Virus record (IMG/VR): IMGVR_UViG_3300025138_000281
Coordinates: 1 to 26,940 of that record
Reading direction: 5' to 3' (one strand)
Length of the DNA: 26,940 bases
DNA from: a virus
Taxonomy: Duplodnaviria > Caudoviricetes
In this document: positions 10,244 through 18,022 of the stretch, piece after piece
How the letters are laid out: every line of letters begins with the position of its first letter
Position numbering within the stretch: the stretch's first letter is position 1
Notes under the pieces: generated by a model
Database searches by the model: none
Seen by the model: the letters and a program-made list of their open reading frames with translations, nothing else
What the model was told of the DNA's origin: nothing
Made by a program: the position numbers and the translations under genes

Positions 10244-12025
10244 ATGATGAACAACATGTCACAAGGGCTCGGTTCGTTTAACAACATGATGCCTCAGAAC
10301 AACATGCAGCAAAACCCTTATGGCCAACAGATGAACCCGCAGATGATGGGTCAACAGGTTCGCTCACCAGAGATGTTCAGCGAACAGCTAATGAACCCGA
10401 TGATGCCTCAGATGCAAGACCCGTTGCAGGGCTTACAGCCGATGGCCGAGCCAGAGGGCTTTGGCGTTTACGGTCAGTCTTTATCTGGCTTCGCGGACGG
10501 CGGTGCGGCATCCAGTGGCGGCGTTCCTCGTGAGACGGTGATTGGTGGCCAGCCTCACATGTTGGCTTATATTAATCCTGAAGAGGAGCAGATGCTTTAT
10601 GCCGCTGGCGGTTCGGGCGAGCCGGGTCCGGGCGGCATTCCTGCTTTTATTCCTGACGATGGAAATCGCGGCTCCTCCTACGCGCCCAGAACTTCCCCGC
10701 GCCCAAGAGCGCGGCCCGCGGACCTTTCTTCTTCAATGCGTCGGGCCAGTAGTCAGTCCGCGGCTGAACTAGCTTATATGGCTCGGGCTAGGAGGGCTGC
10801 TCAACAATCCACGGCTGGTCAACAGGCCGAGGCTAATATAGCTACTCAACAGGCGGCTGTTAAAAAACAAGCGGCTCAACAAGCCGAGGCTGATCGTAGA
10901 CAAGTTTTGTCAGACCAACGTCTCGCGGATCAACAAAGGGCTCAACAAGGAACGGGTATTGCAGGTTTGGGCGGTCAGGGTGGTATGAGTACACCCGTAA
11001 ACGTCTCCTATAACAATCCGGGCACAGGCCTGTCCGCCGACCGCCGCGCTTTAATAACTCAGGCTTTACAAAACACTCCTGTTAACCAGCGTGATGGGGT
11101 AATGAAGGCGCTGTTAGAATTACAAGGGCCTCCAGTAGATAACGAGACCATCCCTAAGACCGTTTCTTTTCCCGGGGGGAATGTTGTTGGCGGAACCGTA
11201 CCTACTGCCGCAACTGTTGGCGGTTCCGCCGCGGAAAAACTTGCCGGGTACAGAAAAAACACGCCCAACACCTTTAGAGAATTCTTAGCAAATGCGTTAA
11301 CTCCGGGTGACCAAATGAAGTATGTAAACGGTCTATTGGTGTATGGGGATAACCATCCAAACGCTGGTCAGCCCGTTCCAGAAGACGCCACAAATTCATT
11401 TGGACTAAAGGTAGGGATGGGCAACAGCGTAGGAAACGACAATCCGGGTGCAGGAAATTTCGCTAACTCTGGAGAAGCGCAGGCCGCGAACCAAGGTGGC
11501 CTACCCGGAATTCCCGGCGCTATTGCGGGTACTTTGGGAAAGGGTATGGCCTTTCTTGGGGGCATACGACCTACAGATGTTGAGGTAGGCCGTGGCGCAG
11601 ATGGCCTACAGATTTTTCAGACAGAAGGCGCTTTTGGCGGGGCCGGAAATTTTTATGTAATTGACCCAATGACGGGTTTAGTTCGCAATGTTAAAGGTGC
11701 TAACGATTCAACCTCTCCACTTGTAGACATGAGCCAGATGATGGACGACGCCAGTAGCAACAATTCTGCGGAAGAACTGGCCTACGTTGCTAATCTTCAA
11801 GCCGAACAGGATGCTATTAATAACCCTGTGGTAGATGATCCTTACTCTCCAACTCCTTTAACAAGAGCGGGAACTGGAATGGGCTCTAATGTTGGCACTA
11901 TTTACGACACGGGAAATACGATAGTTGAATCCGGTACAAATCCTTTTGCCCAAGGAAACCAAGTTGGTGCGCTTACTTTTGAAGAGCTAATGCGGCTTAA
12001 CCAGCAACAAAATCGTATTCTTTAA
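10244..12025 (+). CDS. Virion-associated low-complexity protein
   Basis: 593 aa. M/Q/N/P-rich N-terminus, FADGG followed by HMLAYINPEE..L...GGSG...PGGIPAF. GAGG RBS upstream and TAATG coupling to the next gene. Confidence 0.6.
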   Translation: MMNNMSQGLGSFNNMMPQNNMQQNPYGQQMNPQMMGQQVRSPEMFSEQLMNPMMPQMQDPLQGLQPMAEPEGFGVYGQSLSGFADGGAASSGGVPRETVIGGQPHMLAYINPEEEQMLYAAGGSGEPGPGGIPAFIPDDGNRGSSYAPRTSPRPRARPADLSSSMRRASSQSAAELAYMARARRAAQQSTAGQQAEANIATQQAAVKKQAAQQAEADRRQVLSDQRLADQQRAQQGTGIAGLGGQGGMSTPVNVSYNNPGTGLSADRRALITQALQNTPVNQRDGVMKALLELQGPPVDNETIPKTVSFPGGNVVGGTVPTAATVGGSAAEKLAGYRKNTPNTFREFLANALTPGDQMKYVNGLLVYGDNHPNAGQPVPEDATNSFGLKVGMGNSVGNDNPGAGNFANSGEAQAANQGGLPGIPGAIAGTLGKGMAFLGGIRPTDVEVGRGADGLQIFQTEGAFGGAGNFYVIDPMTGLVRNVKGANDSTSPLVDMSQMMDDASSNNSAEELAYVANLQAEQDAINNPVVDDPYSPTPLTRAGTGMGSNVGTIYDTGNTIVESGTNPFAQGNQVGALTFEELMRLNQQQNRIL

Positions 12026-15000
12026 TGGAGCAGCTTAAACGTTTACAACTTATGGAACGTGAAATGATTTCTGATGGGAAATCAGCTTCGGAGATTGACG
12101 GTGCTAAAGCCCGCATTCGCCAGCAAGCTTATTCCGGAATACCTCCTGAGCTTAACGGCGTCGGGTCTTTAAGCGAAACGGCGCGGAATATGAACCGCGG
12201 CCCGCGGGGCATTGCCGCTTACATGGCGGAAGGCGGAGAAGCCGAGGAAGAAGTCTATGATGCAGGTGGTCGGTTTCAATTTGACCAAAACATGCAAGAA
12301 CCTTCTATCGTTAGTTTTTTAAGAAAAATGTTTAACCGGGACACTTACGATACTTCTTTAGAAAAGGCCCGCAAGATAAAAGCAGGGGAAATGCCCACAG
12401 GTTATGAACCCCCCGGTGTACGACTCTCTCGTGAGTTCATAGGAATGACTCCTATTGGGACTGCGGAAACGGGGGTCGCCATGTATGACGAGTTTAACCA
12501 AGATGACCCCAACTACTTAAAACTAGGAATTATGGGAGCAGGGGAACTGGCGGGTTATATTCCTTTGGCGGGTCCACCTATTAAAAAAATGATTCGCGGC
12601 GGTAGAGGAAATGTTCCGATTAACAAGAATGTTTTTGATGATTCCGAAGAAATTATTGAAGTGTATCATGCGACTCCTAACGCTCCTTTTGAAAAATTAG
12701 ACGCAAACATGTCAGATTTAAACAAAGATGGAGCTTTTGGGCCGGGAGATTATTTTTCGTTAGATAGCAGGTATCCGTCACAATTTGTTGGTGGAAGAGG
12801 AAGTTTATTATCTGCAAAAGTTGATGTTTCAAGAATGCTGGATGCTAGGTTGGGGGGCAAGCCGTTTACTTCAGATCAAACAGAAGGTTTAATAGAAGCT
12901 CTTTCTCGTAGAACAGACTTAGATGGAAAAAATTTAACGGTTGTAAAAAAAGATGACGTGTTGTCTGTTTCTTATGTAAGAAGACCTCTTTTTTCTGGTG
13001 AGCCGTTGGCAGACCGCAGATTAGTTCAAAGAATCCCTCTTAGAAATGCGGAAGAGGCTTTTAAAAAAATTAAAGAAATAACTAATAATATTAAAAACCC
13101 CCTTCAAAAAGATGCAGATGGATATGCCCTCGTTAGAAACAATTCAACTAATACGGAAAATTTAAAAGATGTTTTAAGTGAATCGGGTTTTACTGGCGTA
13201 GTGGGTGTACAAGAAGCAAGTAGCGGTGGAAAAAGTAATTTAGTTGTATTTGATAATTCGGTTTATAAAGATGGTGGCAAACTCGATACTGTAATAGATC
13301 AGGGAGTTATTCCAGAAGACATAGGGTTTTCTGCGTCACGATCCGCAGACGAGTATACAGCCGGAAACGATGCTAAAATAGTTGAAAATTACAGAAGACG
13401 TTTAGAGAAGGAAAACGTTTCCCCCCCGGGGTCTCCGGACTTTCGTACTTCTGAAGACATTGAACTTCTTGTACAAAACTTTGCTAGGCAACGATCACAA
13501 AAATACGCAGACGGAGGCGAAGTTATGGAAGGCATTGGTTCTTTAAACGAAACCGCACGAAACATGACTCGCGGACCGCGGGGCCTTAACTCTTTGCAAC
13601 GTTTTGCTGAAGGCGGAGAACTAAACGTTAATTTACAACCTCTTGATTTGCCCGTTGATGGCCGTATGTCATACACTAAAACAGACGACGGGGGGATGTT
13701 TGACAGTGAAGTAAGCAAAACGTTTGAGGGGGGCCTTGGATCGCTAACTCCTTCTTTTGATTATTCTACTCAAAACAGTTCTAGAGACATGGGCGACGTG
13801 GTTATAGATGAAAACGGCGAACAGATAGGCTTTGCCGTAGAGGGTGAATTGTTTTTAAACTCAGACCCTGACAGTGAAGACAAGGTTCGCGGAGCATTTG
13901 AAGTAGAAAAATCTCGTAACAACACAAATTTCACGTTTCCAGAAGGGGAGTTTGTGCGGACTAATGAGGGTCTTTTAAAACGGTTTAATCTTGGAATGGA
14001 TTTAGGGCGCTTTGGGTTAGATTTAAACCGCATGGAGGGCTCCGGTAGAGAGCCTGTAAATTCTGGGTCAGCTACTATTAGAATTGGCGAAAACGGTATT
14101 GTTAGATACAGTGATTCTGACCGAGGTGAACCGACTATTGGGTTTAATTATGCCAGAGAGTTCGCGTCTGGCGGACCTGTTTATATGAAAAACGGGGGAG
14201 AATCGTCGGAAGCTAAAGCTAGAAAGGATGTTTTAAACACCATTTACGAAATTGAGTCCAACTCAAATTATGACCAATGGAATTTAAAGGCAAAAAACCC
14301 TCCTGAAACACCTTTAAGCTCTTTGACAATTCAAGAAATAATGGATTTTCAAGGTGATGAAAACGGTCCCGCGGCGGGCGCAGGTCAAATTAAATACAAT
14401 ACTTTTAAATACTTGATTAAAAGTGGCGTACTTTCTCCTGACGATGTTTTCTCTCCGGAAAACCAAGATGCGGCAAACAGCCGTTTACTTGACCGAAGAG
14501 GTTTTGTTTCGTGGTTTAACGGAGACATTTCAACGGAAGAGTTTGGGTCAGACGTAGCCAAGGAATGGGCTTCTCTTCCACTGCTTGAAAGCAGGGATGT
14601 TTCAGGGGGGAAAAAGGAAAGAGGTGATTCTCGTTACGGGGGATCAAACAAGGCTCTTGTCGGGGCGGACTATTGGCAAGAGGCTTTAGACTCGGCAAAA
14701 GTCTCTCAACCTACAGTGGTTGCAAGTGCCGATACATCTGGAATTGCAACTTTCTTACCCCAGACAGAAACGCGGGCCACGCAGCCTCAACCCGTTTCCT
14801 ATGTCCCAAACTTTCAAGGGTTTCAAATGCAGCCTTCTCAAGCCTCTTCCATGCCGGGGCCGCTTGAACCTGAAAGACCTCCGGTAGAAGAAGCAAAACA
14901 ATACGCCAGCTTGTATGAAAAATACACCCCGCAAGCTATGCAGGATGCTTTGCAGGGACTTGGTTATTTCAACAGTCCTACGGGACCTTCTGGTTATCAA

Positions 15001-15102
15001 CAGTTCGCTTCTGGCGGCGAAGCTTTAGGACCGCCCCCGTTACGCGGACCGGACCCACAAGGCATTGGCGCTTATCAACAGTTTAACGCAGCCAACCGCT
15101 AA
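12025..15102 (+). CDS. Multidomain (polyvalent-like) virion protein: pre-toxin-like segment, ADP-ribosyltransferase-like domain, beta-rich domain, lambda-lysozyme-like muramidase
   Basis: ART-like VYHAT...F...GAFGPGDYFS...GFTGV...LVVFD (~12661-13260). Lysozyme-like L..I...ES...Y, AAGAGQI...T, FSPENQD, KEWASLP (~14221-14694). Modules are separated by YMAEGG, KYADGG, RFAEGG, EFASGG, YMKNGG and QFASGG. Confidence 0.75.
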   Translation: MEQLKRLQLMEREMISDGKSASEIDGAKARIRQQAYSGIPPELNGVGSLSETARNMNRGPRGIAAYMAEGGEAEEEVYDAGGRFQFDQNMQEPSIVSFLRKMFNRDTYDTSLEKARKIKAGEMPTGYEPPGVRLSREFIGMTPIGTAETGVAMYDEFNQDDPNYLKLGIMGAGELAGYIPLAGPPIKKMIRGGRGNVPINKNVFDDSEEIIEVYHATPNAPFEKLDANMSDLNKDGAFGPGDYFSLDSRYPSQFVGGRGSLLSAKVDVSRMLDARLGGKPFTSDQTEGLIEALSRRTDLDGKNLTVVKKDDVLSVSYVRRPLFSGEPLADRRLVQRIPLRNAEEAFKKIKEITNNIKNPLQKDADGYALVRNNSTNTENLKDVLSESGFTGVVGVQEASSGGKSNLVVFDNSVYKDGGKLDTVIDQGVIPEDIGFSASRSADEYTAGNDAKIVENYRRRLEKENVSPPGSPDFRTSEDIELLVQNFARQRSQKYADGGEVMEGIGSLNETARNMTRGPRGLNSLQRFAEGGELNVNLQPLDLPVDGRMSYTKTDDGGMFDSEVSKTFEGGLGSLTPSFDYSTQNSSRDMGDVVIDENGEQIGFAVEGELFLNSDPDSEDKVRGAFEVEKSRNNTNFTFPEGEFVRTNEGLLKRFNLGMDLGRFGLDLNRMEGSGREPVNSGSATIRIGENGIVRYSDSDRGEPTIGFNYAREFASGGPVYMKNGGESSEAKARKDVLNTIYEIESNSNYDQWNLKAKNPPETPLSSLTIQEIMDFQGDENGPAAGAGQIKYNTFKYLIKSGVLSPDDVFSPENQDAANSRLLDRRGFVSWFNGDISTEEFGSDVAKEWASLPLLESRDVSGGKKERGDSRYGGSNKALVGADYWQEALDSAKVSQPTVVASADTSGIATFLPQTETRATQPQPVSYVPNFQGFQMQPSQASSMPGPLEPERPPVEEAKQYASLYEKYTPQAMQDALQGLGYFNSPTGPSGYQQFASGGEALGPPPLRGPDPQGIGAYQQFNAANR
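12157..12213 (+). repeat. Copy 1 of 19-aa intragenic repeat GVGSLSETARNMNRGPRGI
   Basis: Near-identical peptide at 13531-13587. Nucleotide differences are mostly synonymous. Confidence 0.9.
13531..13587 (+). repeat. Copy 2 of 19-aa intragenic repeat GIGSLNETARNMTRGPRGL
   Basis: Matches 12157-12213. A weaker copy, GINSMRETAERM, lies at 25-60. Confidence 0.9.
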
Positions 15103-16525
15103 CGTCCTCTTTTAGCACCTGACCCGCTAGATCAATCTTACTGCGCAGCGCGTTCAACACCTTCTCATCTATGGTGTTGGGCGACACAAGATCAATATAA
15201 GTTACAGCATTCTTCTGCCCGATCCGGTGAGCGCGGTCCTCGGACTGTAGTCTTATCTCAAGGTCGTAAGAGTTACTGTAATAGATCACGGTGTTGGCCG
15301 CCGTCAGAGTGATGCCATAGCCGCCTGTCTTAGGCTGCCCCACAAAGAAACGCAGCGGATCATCGTCGTCTTGGAAGCGGTTAACAATCTCTTGACGTTC
15401 GTCTTGCGGCGTTGCTCCGTAATAAAGTGCGACCGAATCGGGCCCGAAACGGTCGCGCAGGGTCTGGCAAATCTGTTGGATATCGTGAGTGTACGAAGCC
15501 CAAATGATTGCCTTCCCTGATAGTTCATCTGTAATGCTCATTAGTTCATTCAGACGGTTGTTCTTTAGCTTCTGTATCTTTCCAACGTCGGGCTGGAAGA
15601 AACCGCAGCAAATCTGTTGTAGGCGCATTATTTGCGTCAAGACACTTTCTGTCGTCGCAAGCTCCCCGTTCTCAAGCTGTGCAAGAGCCAGCTTCTTCAT
15701 CTGCCCGTAAACCTTGGCCTGCTCGTCGGTCAGTTCTACGTTGCGCCGAGTATAAATTTTGTCTGGGAGGTCTAGGCAGTCTTCTTTCAAAACTCGGGTG
15801 GAGAAGGTAAACAACTTCTCGTTTAACTCGTCTAGTCGGCGGTATCCCGTTATCTCTTGAAAACTCCGCGCTCCCATCACACGTTTCTGGACTATAGCGT
15901 ACCTGTTCTGAAAAGCAAAGAAACTGTTATAACCAAGCGCCCGTTCGTCTAAGAAGTTGCACTGGCTAAACAAATCCATTGGGCTTTTGGTAACAGGAGA
16001 GCCTGTTAGTATGCGGCGGTACTTACTGTACTTCGTTAACACCATCAGGTTCTTTGTGCGTTGCGCCTTGCGGTTCTTGATAGTCGTGCTTTCGTCAATA
16101 ACCATCATGTTGTCAGGGTTCTGCACTAGAAAACGCCCCGCGGCCCGCGCACCTCTGGGAGAGGAAAACGCTTCGACATTCATTACAAATATTTTAAGAC
16201 CGTCGTAGTCTTCCATTATTAATTCTTCTAGTTCTGCGGCAAACTTCTTGCTTGAAGAGGGCGTCCAGCTTACTATCCTACGCTCAATTCGCTCTGGCAT
16301 ATGCAAGGGAATTTCGCCCAGCGCCCAGTTGTCATACACACCTTTAGGAGCCACGATTAACGCGGCCTTTATTTCGCCTTTTTCAAAAAGAACACCAATG
16401 TTATCTATAGCGACTTTACTCTTGCCCGTACCCATTTCCATGAAGTACGCATGAAAGCTCGCGGACCACGAATCTTGTAAAGCTTTCCGCTGATGCTCGA
16501 ACGGTTCTGTTTTATATTCGTACAA
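15083..16525 (-). CDS. SNF2-family (SF2) helicase/ATPase
   Basis: Walker A MEMGTGKS, Walker B IDES, LTGSP, motif VI QSEDRAHRIGQ. TTG start with AAGGA RBS. Only gene on the minus strand. Confidence 0.93.
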   Translation of the reverse strand: MYEYKTEPFEHQRKALQDSWSASFHAYFMEMGTGKSKVAIDNIGVLFEKGEIKAALIVAPKGVYDNWALGEIPLHMPERIERRIVSWTPSSSKKFAAELEELIMEDYDGLKIFVMNVEAFSSPRGARAAGRFLVQNPDNMMVIDESTTIKNRKAQRTKNLMVLTKYSKYRRILTGSPVTKSPMDLFSQCNFLDERALGYNSFFAFQNRYAIVQKRVMGARSFQEITGYRRLDELNEKLFTFSTRVLKEDCLDLPDKIYTRRNVELTDEQAKVYGQMKKLALAQLENGELATTESVLTQIMRLQQICCGFFQPDVGKIQKLKNNRLNELMSITDELSGKAIIWASYTHDIQQICQTLRDRFGPDSVALYYGATPQDERQEIVNRFQDDDDPLRFFVGQPKTGGYGITLTAANTVIYYSNSYDLEIRLQSEDRAHRIGQKNAVTYIDLVSPNTIDEKVLNALRSKIDLAGQVLKEDVSGWLR

Positions 16526-16544
16526 AGTTTTATCCTTTTGAAGC

Positions 16545-16573
16545 TTGACTATACGATCTTATGAGAATATAAG
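16545..16573 (+). promoter_or_regulatory. Sigma70-like promoter for the replication operon
   Basis: TTGACT (16545-16550), 17 bp spacer, TATAAG (16568-16573). Confidence 0.7.
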
Positions 16574-16585
16574 CGTGTTTGTCAA
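16556..16585 (-). promoter_or_regulatory. Sigma70-like promoter for the SNF2 helicase gene, overlapping the rightward promoter
   Basis: Minus-strand TTGACA (16585-16580), 18 bp spacer, TAAGAT (16561-16556). Confidence 0.65.
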
Positions 16586-16623
16586 GGCCGTAAAAGGGTC
16601 TTTAACAGCGAAAGTGAAAAAAC

Positions 16624-17193
16624 ATGACAGATATACTATCAATGATGGAAGCCGACTTTGAAGAGAACGTCGCATCTTCCATGGAAAAGGGCAACCTTGG
16701 CGGCATAGCCATACTAGCCCGCAAAATACGAACAGCCCAGCAAGAAGTCGAAGAGATTGAGAAAGACCTCAAGTCTCGCAAGAAAGACTTGCTGAAGCTG
16801 ACAGATGAAGAACTACCTTCTGCTATGCAGGAACTAGGTATTTCCTCGTTTGCTCTGGATGACGGTTCAACAGTAGACGTAAAGCCTACATATGGAGCCA
16901 GCATTTTAGTTGCCAACAGGCTTCATGCCTACGCTTGGTTGCGTGACAATGGCTACGACGACATTATTAAAAACATCGTTTCATGCGAGTTTGGTCGTGG
17001 CGAAGACGATCAAGCCAGCGCTTTTAAAGCGTTTGCTTCTAAAGAAGGGTTTCCGGCGGATCAGAACGAAAGCATCCATTCGGGCACACTAAAAGCTTTT
17101 GTACGGGAACGTGTGGAAGCTGGGGACGACTTTCCAATGGAACTTTTCGGGGCCTATATCGGTCAACGCGCTATAATCAAAGGAGCAAAATAA
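16624..17193 (+). CDS. Conserved phage replication-module protein (N-terminal coiled coil), function unknown
   Basis: 189 aa. LPSAMQELG, WLRDNGYDDIIKN and IHSGTLKAFVRE motifs resemble a phage family usually found beside SSB/helicase genes. TAATG coupling downstream. Confidence 0.7.
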   Translation: MTDILSMMEADFEENVASSMEKGNLGGIAILARKIRTAQQEVEEIEKDLKSRKKDLLKLTDEELPSAMQELGISSFALDDGSTVDVKPTYGASILVANRLHAYAWLRDNGYDDIIKNIVSCEFGRGEDDQASAFKAFASKEGFPADQNESIHSGTLKAFVRERVEAGDDFPMELFGAYIGQRAIIKGAK

Positions 17194-17974
17194 TGGCGAA
17201 TGCAGTAACAAAAAATAAAGCAGCGGATGTAGCCGTGTTTGACACATCCATGTTCGAAGCAGATGCGGGCGCGGGAAACCAAAACGTAGGGTCAGAAGAC
17301 CTCGCGCTGCCGTTTCTCAAGCTGTTGAGCGGGTTAGATTCCTTGCTGGACACACACGAAACCGCGCGTAAAGGTGACATATACAATACCGTCACAGGCA
17401 CTGTAGTGAGCGGTAAGGATGGGTTAAGCGTAATTCCTTGTGCCTATCAGCGCGTGTTCATTCAGTGGGTTCCAAGGGGCGCTGGTACAGGCGCACCGAT
17501 GAACGTCTACAAGCCGAATGACCCCGCTATGCCAAAGACTGAGCGTAGCAAAGAAGATAATAAAACTACGTTGTCGGCGGTGACGGTGACTACATCGAAG
17601 AAACTCACCAGCACTACGTTATGATCGTCAACGAAGACGGTTCAACTGAAACGGCTCTGATTGCAATGAAGTCCACGCAGCTAAAGAAAAGCCGCAAATG
17701 GAACAGCATGATACAGTCGGTAACGATGCAGGGTAAGAACGGTCCGTTCACACCACCCCGCTTCTCTCACGTTTACCGCATCAAAGCGGAATCCGAGGAG
17801 AACTCTAAAGGTAGCTGGCACGGTTGGGAAATGTCCCGAGAAAACCCTGTGCAAGACGCATCCGTATATGCCCGAGCAAAAGCTTTCTCAGAAAGTGTGC
17901 TTACTGGCGACGTGGTTGTAAAACACCAAAACGAAGATGACAAAGGCGAAGGCGCTGACGACATTCCGTTTTAA
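17193..17974 (+). CDS. Single-stranded DNA-binding-like protein, split by a -1 frameshift at ~17562-17565
   Basis: ORFs 17193-17624 and 17621-17974 join into one protein (...RSKEDNK/NYVVGGDGDYIEETHQHYVMIV...) ending in the acidic SSB-type tail DDIPF. GGAG RBS before 17193. Confidence 0.7.
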
Positions 17975-17983
17975 TGTTTACTA

Positions 17984-18005
17984 GGGGGCTGCTTCGGTAG
18001 TCCCC
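17984..18005 (+). other. Stable RNA hairpin with cUUCGg tetraloop, between the SSB and primase genes
   Basis: GGGGGCTGC-TTCG-GTAGTCCCC forms a 9-bp stem with two G-U pairs. No U-tract follows. Confidence 0.75.
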
Positions 18006-18022
18006 ACCGCAAGGACAAAACC

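Noticed and set aside
12157-13587. Repeat pair as a diversity-generating retroelement TR/VR
   Set aside because: Differences are mostly synonymous and not adenine-specific, and there is no reverse transcriptase in the window.
16602-16916. Minus-strand ORF near the divergent promoters
   Set aside because: Antisense to a well-formed plus-strand gene, with a Ser-rich shadow composition. The other short antisense and nested ORFs in the track were rejected on similar grounds.
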